NCBI RefSeq assembly: GCF_963921235.1 | Contig: NC_086101.1 | Coordinates: 10,418,001 to 10,482,000, forward strand | Length of the DNA: 64,000 nucleotides | DNA from: Mobula hypostoma | Lineage: Eukaryota | Reading direction: 5' to 3' | In this document: positions 47,001 through 62,000 of the stretch, in pieces | Layout of the letters: each line of letters opens with the position of its first letter | How positions within the stretch are numbered: position 1 is the first letter of the stretch | Made by a program: the position numbers and the translations under genes | The notes under the pieces: model-generated | The model's database searches: none | Told to the model about the DNA's origin: nothing | What the model saw: only the letters and a program-made list of their open reading frames with translations

Positions 47001-50000
47001 CCCTCTCCAAACCCCTCTTTCCAACCCCCTATCCAAACCCCTCTCTCTCCATCCCCCTCTCCACCCCCCACTCTCCAAACCACTCTCTCCAACCCTCTCT
47101 CCAACTCCTCTCTCCAACCCCTCTCTCCAACCCCTCTCTCCAACCCCTCTCTCCAACCCCTCTCTCCAACCCCTCTCTCCAACCCCTCTCTCCACCCCCT
47201 CTCTCCACCCCCTCTCTCCAACCCCTCTCTCCACCCCCTCTCTCCACCCCCTCTCTCCACCCCCTCTCTCCACCCCCTCTCTCCAAGCCCCTCTCTCCAA
47301 GCCCCTCTCTCCAACCCCCTCTCTCCAACCCCCTCTCTCCAACCCCTCTGTCCAACCCCTCTCTCCACCCCCACTCTCCAAACCCCTCTCTCCAACCCCC
47401 TCTCCAAACCCCTCTATCCAACCCCCTCTCTCCAACGCCTCTCTCCAACCCCCTCTCCAAACCCTTCTCTCCAAACCTCTCTCTCCAACCCCCTATCTCG
47501 AACACCACCTCTCTCGAACCCCGCTCTCTCGAATCCCCCTCTCCACCCCCAACTCTCCAGACAACTCTCTCCAAACCCTTCTGTCCAAACCCCTCTCCAA
47601 CCCCTCCCTCAAAACTCCTCTCTCCAACCCCCCCAACCCCCCTCCAACCACCCCCTCCAAACCACTCTCTACAAACCCCCTCTCCAAACCCCTCTCTCCA
47701 AACCCCTCTCTCCAACCCCGCCTCTCCAACCCCCCCTCCAACCCCCCCTCTCCAACCCCCCCTCTCCAACCTCCTCTCTCCAACCCCTCTGTACAACCCC
47801 TCTCTCCACCCCCCACTCTCCAAACCCCTCTCTCCAACCCTCTCTCCAACTCCACTCTCCAAACCCGTCTCCAATCCCCCCTCTCCAAACCCCTCTTTCC
47901 AACCCCCTATCCAAACCCCTCTCTCTCCATCCCCCTCTCCACCCCCGACTCTCCAAACCACTCTCTCCAACCCTCTCTCCAACCCCTCTCTCCAACCCCT
48001 CTCTCCAACCCCTCTCTCCAACCCCTCTCTCCAACCCCTCTCTCCAACCCCTCTCTCCAACCCCCTCTCCAACCACCTCTCCAACACCCTCTCTCCAACC
48101 CCCTCTCTCTCCAACCCCCCTATCTCCAATCCCCTCTCTCCAAACCCCTCTCACCAACCCCGCATCTCCAACCCCCCCTCCAACCCCCCCCAACCCCCCC
48201 CTCCAACCCCCCCTCTCCAACCCCCCCTCCAACCTCCTCTCTCCAACCCCTCTGTCCAACCCCTCTCTCCACCCCCCACTCTCCAAACCCCTCTCTCCAA
48301 CCCTCTCTCCAACTCCTCTCTCCAAACCCGTCTCCAACCCCCCCTCTCCAAACCCCTCTTTCCAACCCCCTATCCAAACCCCTCTCTCTCCATCCCCCTC
48401 TCCACCCCCCACTCTCCAAACCACTCTCTCCAACCCTCTCTCCAACTCCTCTCTCCAACCCCTCTCTCCAACCCCTCTCTCCACCCCCTCTCTCCACCCC
48501 CTCTCTCCACCCCCTCTCTCCACCCCCTCTCTCCACCCCCTCTCTCCACCCCCTCTCTCCAACCCCTCTCTCCACCCCCTCTCTCCATCCCCTCTCTCCA
48601 AGCCCCTCTCTCCAACCCCCTCTCTCCAACCCCCTCTCTCCAACCTCCTCTCTCCAACCCCCTCCCTCCAACCCCCTCTCTCCAACCCCTCTGTCCAACC
48701 CCTCTCTCCACCCCCACTCTCCAAACCCCTCTCTCCAACCCTCTCTCCAACTCCTCTCTCCAAACACCTCTATCCAACCCCCTCTCTCCAACCCCTCTCT
48801 CCACCCTCTCTCTCCACCCCCTCTCCAACCACCTCTCTCCAAGCCCCTCTCTCCAACCTCCTCTCTCCAACCCCCTCTCTCCAACCCCCTCTCTCCAACC
48901 TCCTCTCTCCAAGCCCCTCTCTCCAACCCCCTCTCTAACAACCCCCTCTCTCCAACCTCCTCTCTCCAACCCCCTCTCTCCAACCCCCTCTCTCCAACCC
49001 CTCTGTCCAACCCCTCTCTCCAACCCTCTCTCCAACTCCTCTCTCCAAACACCTCTATCCAACCCCCTCTCTCCAACCCCTCTCTCCACCCTCTCTCTCC
49101 ACCCCCTCTCCAACCACCTCTCTCCAAGCCCCTCTCTCCAACCTCCTCTCTCCAACCCCCTCTCTCCAACCTCCTCTCTCCAACCCCCACTCTCCAACCC
49201 CCTCTCTCGAATCTCCTCTCTCCAACCCCCTCTCTCCAATCACCTCTCTCCAACCACTCTCTTCAACACCCCCCTCCAACCCCCTCTCCTACCCTCTCTC
49301 CAACCCCCTCTCCAAACCCCTCTCTCCAACCCACCATCTCCAACCCCTCCTCTCCAACCCCCTCTCTCCAACACACCCTGCTCTCCAATCCCCTCTCCAA
49401 ACCCCTCTCTCCAACCCCTCTCTCCAAACCCCTCTCCAAACCCCTCACTCCAACCCCCCCTCTCCAAACCCCATCTCTCCAACCCCTCTCTCCAACCCCT
49501 TCTTTCCAAAACCCTCTCTCCAACCCCCTATCTCGAACCCCACCTCTCTCAAACCCCTCTCTCTCCATCCCCCTCTCCACCCCCCACTCTCCAAACCCCT
49601 CTCTCCAACCCTCTCTCCAAACCCCTGACTCCAACCCCACCTCTCCAGACCACTCTCTCCAAACCCTTCTCTCCAACCCTCTCCATCACCCATTACAAAC
49701 CCCTCTCCAAACCCGTCTCTCCAACCCCCACTCTCCAAACCCCCCTCTCCAACCCCCCCTCTCCAACGCCCTCCTCTCGAACCCCTCTCTCTCCAATCCA
49801 CGCTCTCCAACCCCCTCTCTCCAACCCCCCCAACCCGCTCTCTCCAACCCCCTCTCCAATCCCCTCTCCAATCCCCTCTCCAAACCCCTCTCTCCAACCC
49901 CCATCTCCAACCCCCATCTCCAACCCCCATCTCCAACCCCCATCTCCAACCCCCCTCTCCAACCCCCCTCTCCAACCCCTCTCTCCAAACCCCTCTCCAA

Positions 50001-53000
50001 CCCCCTCTCCAAACCCCATCTCTCCAACCCCCTATCTCCAACCACCTCTCTCCAACCCCACCTCCTCGCCAAACCCCTCTCTCCAACCCCTCTCTGCATC
50101 CCCCTCTCCACCCCCCAATCTCCAACCCCCTCTCTCCAAACTCCTCTATCCAAACCCCTCTCTCCAACCCTCTCTCCAACCACCTCTCTCCAACCCCTTC
50201 TCTCGAACCCCACCTTCCTCGAACCCCCCTCTCTCCAACCCCCTCTCTCTCCAACCCCCGCTCTCTAACCCACTCTCTCCCACCCCCCCTCCAATTCCCT
50301 CTCTCCAAACCCCTCTCTCCAACCCCTCTCTCCAACCCCTCTCTCCAAACCCCTCTATCCAAACCCCTCTCTCCAAACCCCTCTCCTAACCCCTCTCCAA
50401 ACACCTCTCCAACCCCCCTCTCCAAACCCCATCTCTCCAACCCCCTCTCCAACCACCTCTCTCCAACCCCCTCTCTCCAACCCCTTCTCTCCAAACCCCT
50501 CTCTCCAACTCCCTCTCTCCAACCCCCCCTCCTCTCCAATCCCCTATCCAAACCCCTCTCTCCAACCCTATCTCCAAAAACCTCCTCTCCAACTCCTCTC
50601 TCCAATCCCCTCTAACCCCCACCTCTCCACACCCCTCTCCAACCCCCTCTCCAAAACCCTCTCTCCAAACCCCTCTCCAAACCCCTCTCCAAACCCCTCT
50701 CTCCAATCCCCTCTCCCCTCTCTCTCTACCCCTTCTCTCCAACCCCCTCTCCAACCCTCTCTCCAACTCCTCTCTCCAAACCCCTGTCTCCAACCCCCCC
50801 TCCAACCCCCGTTCTCCAAACCACTCTCTCCAACCCCTCTCTCCAACCCCCCCTCTCCAACCCCTCTTCAACCCCTTTCCAACCCCTCTCCAACCCCCTC
50901 TCCAAACCCCTCTCTCCAAACCCCCCTCTCCAAACCCCTCTCTCCAAACCCCTCTCTCCAATCCCCTCTCTCCAATCCCCTCTCTCCAACCCCTTCTCTC
51001 GAACCCCACCTCCCTCGAACCCCCCTCTCTCCAACCCCCTCGCTCCAACCCTCTCTCTGAAATCCCCTCACTCTAACCCCCTCTCTCCAACCCCCCCAAT
51101 CCCTCCAATCCCTGCTCCAATCCCCTCTCAAACCTCTCTCTCCAAAGCCCTCTCCAACCCATCTCTCCAAACCCCTCTCCAACCCCCCCTCTCCAAACCC
51201 CCTCCAACCCTCCCTCCTCTCCAACCATCCCTTCTCTCCAACCCCCCATCCCCTCTCCAAACCCCTCTCTCCAATCCCCCCTCCAATCCCCTCTCAAACC
51301 CCTCTCTCCAACTCTCCCTCTCCAAACCCCATCTCTCCAACCACACCTCCTCTCCAATCCCCTCTCAAACCTCTCTCTCCAACCCCTCTCTCCAAACCCC
51401 TCTCTCCAACCCCCTCTCTCCAAACCCCCATCTCCAATCCCCTCTCTCCAACCACCTCTCTCCAACCACTCTCTTCAACACCCCCCTCCAACCCCCTCTC
51501 CTACCCTCTCTCCAACCCCCTCTCCAAACCCCTCTCTCCAAACCCCTCTCTCCAACCCCTCTCTCCAAACCCCTCTCCAAACCCCTCACTCCAACCCCCC
51601 CTCTCCAAACCCCCCTCTCCAACCCCTCTCTCCAACCCCTTCTTTCCAAAACCCTCTCTCCAACCCCCTATCTCGAACCCAACCTCTATCAAACCCCTCT
51701 CTCTCCATCCCCCTCTCCACCCCCCACTCTCCAAACCCCTCTCTCCAACCCTCTTTCCAACCCCACCTCTCCAGACCACTCTCTCCAAACCCTTCTCTCC
51801 AACCCTCTCCATCACCCATTACAAACCCCTCTCCAAACCCGTCTCTCCAACCCCCACTCTCCAACCCCCCCTCTCCAACCCCCCCTCTCCAACCCCCCCC
51901 TCCAACCCCCCCTCTCCAACCCCCTCCTCTCAAACCCCTCTCTCTCCAATCCACGCTCTCCAACCCCCTCTCTCCAACCCCCTCTCCAATCCCCTCTCCA
52001 AACCCCTCTCTCCAACCCCCATCTCCAACCCCCCTCTCCAACCCCCCTCTCCAACCCCTCTCTCCAAACCACTCTCCAAACCCCATCTCTCCAACCCCCT
52101 ATCTCCAACCACCTCTCTCCAACCCCACCTCCTCTCCAAACCCCTCTCTCCAACACCTCTCTCCAACCCCTCTCTGCATCCCCCTCTCCACCCCCCAATC
52201 TCCAACCCCCTCTCTCCAAACTCCTCTCTCCAAACCCCTCTCTCCAACCCTCTCTCCAACCCTCTCTCCAACCCTCTCTCCAACCCCCTCTCTCCAACCC
52301 CCTCTCTCCAACCACCTCTCTCCAACCCCTTCTCTCGAACCCCACCTTCCTCGAACCCCCCTCTCTCCAACCCCCTCTCTCTCCAACCCCCGCTCTCTAA
52401 CCCACTCTCTCCCACCCCCCCTCCAATCCCCTCTCTCCAAACCCCTCTCTCCAACCCCTCTCTCCAACCCCTCTCTCCAAACCCCTCTCTCCAAGCCCCT
52501 CTATCCAAACCCCTCTATCCAAACCCCTCTCCAACCCCCCTCTCCAAACCCCATCTCTCCAACCCCCTCTCCAACCTCCTCTCCAACCACCTCTCTCCAA
52601 CCCCCTCTCTCCAACCCCTTCTCTCCAAACCCCTCTCTCCAACTCCCTCTCTCCAACCCCCCCTCCTCTCCAATCCCCTATCCAAACCCCTCTCTCCAAC
52701 CCTATCTCCAAAAACCCCCTCTCCAACACCTCTCTCCATCCCCTCTCTCGAACCCCTTCTTTCCAAAACCCTCTCTCCAACACCTCTCTCTAACCCCCTA
52801 TCTCGAAACCCACCTCTCTCCAACCCCTTCTCTCCAAACCCCTCTCCAAACCCCTCTCTCCAAACCCCTCTCTCTCCATCCCCCTCCATCCCCCCCTCTC
52901 CAACCCCCCTCTCCAACCCCCTCTCTCCACCCCCTCTCTCCAACCCCCTCTCTCCAACCCCCTCTCTCCAACCCCCTCTCTCCAACCACCTCTCTCCAAC

Positions 53001-56000
53001 CCCTTCTCTCGAACCCCACCTCCCTCCAACCCCCCTCTCTCCAACCCCCCCCCTCCAAACCCCTCTCAAACCCCTCTCTCCAAACCCCTCTCCAACCACT
53101 CTCTCCAATCCCCTCTTCAAACCCTTCTCTCCTACCCTTCTCTCCAACCCCCTCTCTCCAAACCTCTCTCTCCAACCCTCTCTCCAAAAACCCCCTCTCC
53201 AACACCTCTCTCCATTCCCTCTCTCCAACCCCTTCTCTCCAACCCCTTCTCTCCAACCCCTTCTCTCCAACCTCTTCTCTCCAAACCCCTCTCCAAACCC
53301 CTCTCTCCAAGCCCTCTCTCCAACCCCCTCTCCAACCCCCTCTCCAAACCCCTCTCCAAACCTCTCTCTCCAAACTCCTCTCCAAACCCCTCTCTCCAAA
53401 CCCCTCTCTCCAACCCCCTCTCCAAACCTCTCTCTCTCTATCCCCCTCTCTCTCCATCCCCCCTCTATACCCCACTCTCCAAACCCCTCTCTCCAACCTC
53501 CTCTCTAACTCCTCTCTCCAATCCCCTCTAACCCCCACCTCTCCACACCCCTCTCCAAACCCCTCTCCAAACCCCTCTCTCCAATCCCCTCTCCCCTCTC
53601 TCTACCCCTTCTCTCCAACCCCCTCTCCAACCCTCTCTCCAACTCCTCTCTCCAAACCCCTGTCTCCAACCCCCCCTCCAACCCCCGTTCTCCAAACCAC
53701 TCTCTTCAACCCCTCTCTCCAACCCCCCCTCTCCAACCCCTCTTCAACCCCTTTCCAACCCCTCTCCAACCCCCTCTCCAAACCCCTCTCTCCAAACCCC
53801 TCTCTCCAACCCCCTCTCCAAACCTCTCTCTCTCTATCCCCCTCTCTCTCCATCCCCCCTCTATACCCCACTCTCCAAACCCCTCTCTCCAACCTCCTCT
53901 CCAACTCCTCTCTCCAATCCCCTCTAACCCCCACCTCTCCACACCCCTCTCCAAACCCCTCTCCAAACCCCTCTCTCCAATCCCCTCTCCCCTCTCTCTA
54001 CCCCTTCTCTCCAACCCCCTCTCCAACCCTCTCTCCAACTCCTCTCTCCAAACCCCTGTCTCCAACCCCCCCTCCAACCCCCGTTCTCCAAACCACTCTC
54101 TTCAACCCCTCTCTCCAACCCCCCCTCTCCAACCCCTCTTCAACCCCTTTCCAACCCCTCTCCAACCCCCTCTCCAAACCCCTCTCTCCAAACCCCCCTC
54201 TCCAAACCCCTCTCTCCAACCCCCTCTCTCCAATCCCTTCTCTCCAATTCCCTCTCTCCAACACCTTCTCTCGAACCCCACCTCCCTCGAACCCCCCTCT
54301 CTCCAACCCCCTCGCTCCAACCCTCTCTCTGAAATCCCCTCACTCTAACCCCCTCTCTCCAACCCCCCCAATCCCTCCAATCCCTGCTCCAATCCCCTCT
54401 CAAACCTCTCTCTCCAAAGCCCTCTCCAACCCATCTCTCCAAACCCAACCCCCCCTCTCCAAACCCCCTCCAACCCTCCCTCCTCTCCAACCATCCCTTC
54501 TCTCCAACCCCCATCCCCTCTCCAAACCCCTCTCTCCAATCCCCCCTCCAATCCCCTCTCAAACCCCTCTCTCCAACTCTCCCTCTCCAAACCCCATCTC
54601 TCCAACCCCACCTCCTCTCCAATCCCCTCTCAAACCTCTCTCTCCAAAGCCCTCTCCAACCCCTCTCTCCAAACCCCTCTCTCCAACCCCCTCTCTCCAA
54701 CTCTCTCTCTCCAACCCCCCCCTCTCCAACCCCTTCTCTCCAAACCCCTCTCTCCAACCCCCTCTCTCCAACCACCTCTCTCCAACCCCTTCTCTCGAAC
54801 CCCACCTCCCTCGACCCCCCCTCTCTCCAAACCCCCTTTCCACACCCCTCTCCAACCCCCTCTCCAAACCCCTCTCCAAACCCCTCTCTCCAAACCCCCC
54901 TCTCCAATCCCCTCTCCCCTCTCTCTCTACCCCTTCTCTCCAACCCCCTCTCCAACCCTCTCTCCAACTCCTCTCTCCAAACCCCTGTCTCCAACCCCCC
55001 CTACAACCCCCGTTCTCCAAACCACTCTCTCCAAACCACTCTCTCCAAACCCCCCTCTCGAACCCCCTCTCCAAATCCCTCTCTCCAACCCCCTCTCTCC
55101 AATCCCCTCTCTCCAACCCCTTCTCTCGAACCCCACCTCCCTCGAACCCCCCTCTCTCCAACCCCCTCTCTCCAATCCCCTCACTCGAACCCCCTCTCTC
55201 CAACCCCCTCTCTCCAACCCCCCCATCCCTCCAATCCCCGCTCCAATCCCCTCTCAAACCTCTCTCTCCAAAGCCCTCTCCAACCCATCTCTCCAAACCC
55301 CTCTCTCCAACCCCCCCTCTCCAAACCGCTCTCTCCAATCCCCCCTCCAATCCCCTCTCAAACCACTCTCTCCAACTCTCCCTCTGCAAACCCCATCTCT
55401 CCAACCCCACCTCCTCTCCAATCCCCTCTCAAACCTCTCTCTCCAAAGCCCTCTCCAACCCCTCTCTCCAAACCCCCTCTCCAAACCCCTCTCCTAACCC
55501 CTCTCCAAACACCTCTCCAACCCCCCCTCTCCAAACCCCACCTCTCCAATCCCCTCTCTCCAACCCCCTCTCTCCATCTCCCTCTCTCCATCTCCCTCTC
55601 TCCAACCCCCTCTCTCCAACTCCCTCTCTCCAACCCCCCCCTCCAATCCCCTCTCCAAACCCCTCTCTCCAATCCCCTCTCAAACCCCTCTCTCCAAACC
55701 GCTCTCCAACCACTCTCTCAAATCCCCTCTTCAAACCCTTCTCTCCTACCCTTCTCTCCAACTCCCTCTCTCCAACCCCCTCTCTCCAACCCCCTCTCTC
55801 CAACCCCCTCTCTCCAACTCCCTCTCTCCAACCCCCCCCTCCAAACCCCTCTCTCCAACCCCCTCTCTCCAAACTCCTCTCTCCAAACCCCTCTCTCCAA
55901 ACTCCTCTCTCCAAACCCCTCTCTCCAACCCTCTCTCCAACCCTCTCTCCAACCCTCTCTCCAATCCCCTCTCCAAACCCCTCTCTCCAACCATCTGTCT

Positions 56001-59000
56001 CCAACCACCTCTCTCCAACCCCTTCTCTCGAACCCCACCTCCTTCGAACCCCCCTCTCTCCAACCCCCTCTCTCTAACCCACTGTCTCCCACCCCCCCTC
56101 CAATCCCCTCTCTCCAAACCCCTCTCTCCAACCCCTCTCTCCAAACCCCTCTCTCCAAACCACTCTCTCCAACCCCTTCTCCAAACCCCTCTCTCTCTAT
56201 CCCCCTCTCTCTCCATCCCCCACTCTCCAAACCCCTCTCTCCAACCTCCTCTCCAACTCCTCTCTCCAAACCCGTCTCTAACCCCCCCCTCCAAACCACC
56301 CTCTCCAAACCCCTCTCCAAACCCCTCTCCAAACCCCTCTCCAACCCCCTCTCCAACCCCCTCTCCAACCCCCTCTCCAACCCCCTCTCCAAACCCCTCT
56401 CTCCAAACCCCTATCTCCAATCCCCTCTCCCCTCTCTCTCTACCCCCTCTCTCCAACCCCCTCTCCAACCCTCTCTCCAACTCCTCTCTCCAAACCCGTC
56501 TCCAACCCCCCTCCAACCCCCATTCTCCAAACCACTCTCTCCAAACCCCTCTCTCCAACCCCTCTCCAACCCCCTCTCCAAACCCCCCTCTCCAAACCCC
56601 ACTCTCCAACACCTCTCTCCAACCCCCTATCTCGAACCCCACCTCTCTCAAACCCCTCTATCTCCAACCCCTCTCTCTCCATCCCCCTCTCCAAACCCTC
56701 TCTCCAAAACCTCTCTCCAAAACCCTCTCTCCAAACCCCTCTCTGCATCCCCCTCTCCACCCCCCAATCTCCAACCCCCTCTCTCCAAACTCCTCTCTCC
56801 AAACCCCTCTCTCCAACCCTCTCTCCAACCACCTCTCTCCAACCCCTTCTCTCGAACCCCACCTTCCTCGAACCCCCCTCTCTCCAACCCCCTCTCTCTC
56901 CAACCCCCGCTCTCTAACCCACTCTCTCCCACCCCCCCTCCAATTCCCTCTCTCCAAACCCCTCTCTCCAACCCCTCTCTCCAACCCCTCTCTCCAAACC
57001 CCTCTATCCAAACCCCTCTCTCCAAACCCGTCTCCTAACCCCTCTCCAAACACCTCTCCAACCCCCCTCTCCAAACCCCATCTCTCCAACCCCCTCTCCA
57101 ACCACCTCTCTCCAACCCCCTCTCTCCAACCCCCTCTCTCCAAACCCCTCTCTCCAACTCCCTCTCTCCAACCCCCCCTCCTCTCCAATCCCCTATCCAA
57201 ACCCCTCTCTCCAACCCTATCTCCAAAAACCTCCTCTCCAACTCCTCTCTCCAATCCCCTCTAACCCCCACCTCTCCACACCCCTCTCCAACCCCCTCTC
57301 CAAAACCCTCTCTCCAAACCCCTCTCCAAACCCCTCTCCAAACCCCTCTCCAAACCCCTCTCTCCAATCCCCTCTCCCCTCTCTCTCTACCCCTTCTCTC
57401 CAACCCCCTCTCCAACCCTCTCTCCAACTCCTCTCTCCAAACCCCTGTCTCCAACCCCCCCTCCAACCCCCGTTCTCCAAACCACTCTCTCCAACCCCTC
57501 TCTCCAACCCCCCCTCTCCAACCCCTCTTCAACCCCTTTCCAACCCCTCTCCAACCCCCTCTCCAAACCCCTCTCTCCAAACCCCCCACTCCAAACCCCT
57601 CTCTCCAAACCCCTCTCTCCAAACCCCTCTCTCCAATCCCCTCTCTCCAATCCCCTCTCTCCAACCCCTTCTCTCGAACCCCACCTCCCTCGAACCCCCC
57701 TCTCTCCAACCCCCTCGCTCCAACCCTCTCTCTGAAATCCCCTCACTCTAACCCCCTCTCTCCAACCCCCCCAATCCCTCCAATCCCTGCTCCAATCCCC
57801 TCTCAAACCTCTCTCTCCAAAGCCCTCTCCAACCCATCTCTCCAAACCCCTCTCCAACCCCCCCTCTCCAAACCCCCTCCAACCCTCCCTCCTCTCCAAC
57901 CATCCCTTCTCTCCAACCCCCCATCCCCTCTCCAAACCCCTCTCTCCAATCCCCCCTCCAATCCCCTCTCAAACCCCTCTCTCCAACTCTCCCTCTCCAA
58001 ACCCCATCTCTCCAACCACACCTCCTCTCCAATCCCCTCTCAAACCTCTCTCTCCAAAGCCCTCTCCAACCCCTCTCTCCAAACCCCTCTCTCCAACCCC
58101 CTCTCTCCAAACCCCCATCTCCAATCCCCTCTCTCCAACCACCTCTCTCCAACCACTCTCTTCAACACCCCCCTCCAACCCCCTCTCATACCCTCTCTCC
58201 AACCCCCTCTCCAAACCCCTCTCTCCAACCCACCATCTCCAACCCCTCCTCTCCAACCCCCTCTCTCCAACACACCCTGCTCTCCAATCCCCTCTCCAAA
58301 CCCCTCTCTCCAACCCCTCTCTCCAAACCCCTCTCCAAACCCCTGACTCCAACCCCACCTCTCCAGACCACTCTCTCCAAACCCTTCTCTCCAACCCTCT
58401 CCATCACCCATTACAAACCCCTCTCCAAACCCGTCTCTCCAACCCCCACTCTCCAACCCCCCCTCTCCAACCCCCCCCTCCAACCCCCCCTCTCCAACCC
58501 CCTCCTCTCAAACCCCTCTCTCTCCAATCCACGCTCTCCAACCCCCTCTCTCCAACCCCCTCTCCAATCCCCTCTCCAAACCCCTCTCTCCAACCCCCAT
58601 CTCCAACCCCCATCTCCAACCCCCATCTCCAACCCCCCTCTCCAACCCCTCTCTCCAAACCCCTCTCCAACCCCCTCTCCAAACCCCATCTCTCCAACCC
58701 CCTATCTCCAACCACCTCTCTCCAACTCCACCTCCTCTCCAAACCCCTCTCTCCAACACCTCTCTCCAACCCCTCTCTGCATCCCCCTCTCCACCCCCCA
58801 ATCTCCAACCCCCTCTCTCCAAACTCCTCTCTCCAAACCCCTCTCTCCAACCCTCTCTCCAACCCTCTCTCCAACCCCCTCTCTCCAACCCCCTCTCTCC
58901 AACCCCCTCTCTCCAACTACCTCTCTCCAACCCCTTCTCTCGAACCCCACCTTCCTCGAACCCCCCTCTCTCCAACCCCCTCTCTCTCCAACCCCCGCTC

Positions 59001-62000
59001 TCTAACCCACTCTCTCCCACCCCCCCTCCAATCCCCTCTCTCCAAACCCCTCTCTCCAACCCCTCTCTCCAACCCCTCTCTCCAAACCCCTCTCTCCAAA
59101 CCCCTCTCTCCAAACCCCTCTATCCAAACCCCTCTATCCAAACCCCTCTCTCCAACCCCCTCTCCAACCCCCTCTCCCCTCTCTCTCTACCCCTTCTCTC
59201 CAACCCCCTCTCCAACCCTCTCTCCAACTCCTCTCTCCAAACCCCTGTCTCCAACCCCCCCTCCAACCCCCGTTCTCCAAACCACTCTCTCCAACCCCTC
59301 TCTCCAACCCCCCCTCTCCAACCCCTCTTCAACCCCTTTCCAACCCCTCTCCAACCCCCTCTCCAAACCCCTCTCTCCAAACCCCCCACTCCAAACCCCT
59401 CTCTCCAAACCCCTCTCTCCAAACCCCTCTCTCCAATCCCCTCTCTCCAATCCCCTCTCTCCAACCCCTTCTCTCGAACCCCACCTCCCTCGAACCCCCC
59501 TCTCTCCAACCCCCTCGCTCCAACCCTCTCTCTGAAATCCCCTCACTCTAACCCCCTCTCTCCAACCCCCCCAATCCCTCCAATCCCTGCTCCAATCCCC
59601 TCTCAAACCTCTCTCTCCAAAGCCCTCTCCAACCCATCTCTCCAAACCCCTCTCCAACCCCCCCTCTCCAAACCCCCTCCAACCCTCCCTCCTCTCCAAC
59701 CATCCCTTCTCTCCAACCCCCCATCCCCTCTCCAAACCCCTCTCTCCAATCCCCCCTCCAATCCCCTCTCAAACCCCTCTCTCCAACTCTCCCTCTCCAA
59801 ACCCCATCTCTCCAACCACACCTCCTCTCCAATCCCCTCTCAAACCTCTCTCTCCAAAGCCCTCTCCAACCCCTCTCTCCAAACCCCGCTCTCCAACCCC
59901 CGCTCTCCAAACCCCCCTCTCCAATCCCCTCTCTCCAACCACCTCTCTCCAACCACTCTCTTCAACACCCCCCTCCAACCCCCTCTCATACCCTCTCTCC
60001 AACCCCCTCTCCAAACCCCTCTCTCCAACCCACCATCTCCAACCCCTCCTCTCCAACCCCCTCTCTCCAACACACCCTGCTCTCCAATCCCCTCTCCAAA
60101 CCCCTCTCTCCAACCCCTCTCTCCAAACCCCTCTCCAAACCCCTCACTCCAACCCCCCCTCTCCAAACCCCCCTCTCCAACCCCTCTCTCCAACCCCTTC
60201 TTTCCAAAACCCTCTCTCCAACCCCCTATCTCGAACCCCACCTCTATCAAACCCCTCTCTCTCCATCCCCCTCTCCACCCCCCACTCTCCAAACCCCTCT
60301 CTCCAACCCTCTCTCCAAACCCCTGACTCCAACCCCACCTCTCCAGACCACTCTCTCCAAACCCTTCTCTCCAACCCTCTCCATCACCCATTACAAACCC
60401 CTCTCCAAACCCGTCTCTCCAACCCCCACTCTCCAACCCCCCCTCTCCAACCCCCCCCTCCAACCCCCCCTCTCCAACCCCCTCCTCTCAAACCCCTCTC
60501 TCTCCAATCCACGCTCTCCAACCCCCTCTCTCCAACCCCCTCTCCAATCCCCTCTCCAAACCCCTCTCTCCAACCCCCATCTCCAACCCCCATCTCCAAC
60601 CCCCATCTCCAACCCCCATCTCCAACCCCCCTCTCCAACCCCTCTCTCCAAACCCCTCTCCAACCCCCTCTCCAAACCCCATCTCTCCAACCCCCTATCT
60701 CCAACCACCTCTCTCCAACTCCACCTCCTCTCCAAACCCCTCTCTCCAACACCTCTCTCCAACCCCTCTCTGCATCCCCCTCTCCACCCCCCAATCTCCA
60801 ACCCCCTCTCTCCAAACTCCTCTCTCCAAACCCCTCTCTCCAACCCTCTCTCCAACCCCCTCTCTCCAACCCCCTCTCTCCAACCCCCTCTCTCCAACCC
60901 CCTCTCTCCAACCACCTCTCTCCAACCCCTTCTCTCGAACCCCACCTTCCTCGAACCCCCCTCTCTCCAACCCCCTCTCTCTCCAACCCCCGCTCTCTAA
61001 CCCACTCTCTCCCACCCCCCCTCCAATCCCCTCTCTCCAAACCCCTCTCTCCAACCCCTCTCTCCAACCCCTCTCTCCAAACCCCTCTCTCCAAACCCCT
61101 CTATCCAAACCCCTCTATCCAAACCCCTCTATCCAAACCCCTCTCTCCAACCCCCTCTCCAACCCCCTCTCCAACCTCCTCTCCAACCACCTCTCTCCAA
61201 CCCCCTCTCTCCAACCCCCTCTCTCCAACCCCTTCTCTCCAAACCCCTCTCTCCAACTCCCTCTCTCCAACCCCCCCTCCTCTCCAATCCCCTATCCAAA
61301 CCCCTCTCTCCAACCCTATCTCCAAAAACCCCCTCTCCAACACCTCTCTCCATCCCCTCTCTCGAACCCCTTCTTTCCAAAACCCTCTCTCCAACACCTC
61401 TCTCTAACCCCCTATCTCGAAACCCACCTCTCTCCAACCCCTTCTCTCCAAACCCCTCTCCAAACCCCTCTCTCCAAACCCCTCTCTCTCCATCCCCCTC
61501 CATCCCCCCCTCTCCAACCCCCCTCTCCAACCCCCTCTCTCCAACCCCCTCTCTCCAACCCCCTCTCTCCAACCCCCTCTCTCCAACCACCTCTCTCCAA
61601 CCCCTTCTCTCGAACCCCACCTCCCTCCAACCCCCCTCTCTCCAACCCCCCCCTCCAAACCCCTCTCAAACCCCTCTCTCCAAACCCCTCTCCAACCACT
61701 CTCTCCAATCCCCTCTTCAAACCCTTCTCTCCTACCCTTCTCTCCAACCCCCTCTCTCCAAACCTCTCTCTCCAACCCTCTCTCCAAAAACCCCCTCTCC
61801 AACACCTCTCTCCATTCCCTCTCTCCAACCCCTTCTCTCCAACCCCTTCTCTCCAACCTCTTCTCTCCAAACCCCTCTCCAAACCCCTCTCTCCAAGCCC
61901 TCTCTCCAACCCCCTCTCCAACCCCCTCTCCAACCCCCTCTCCAAACCCCTCTCCAAACCTCTCTCTCCAAACTCCTCTCCAAACCCCTCTCTCCAAACC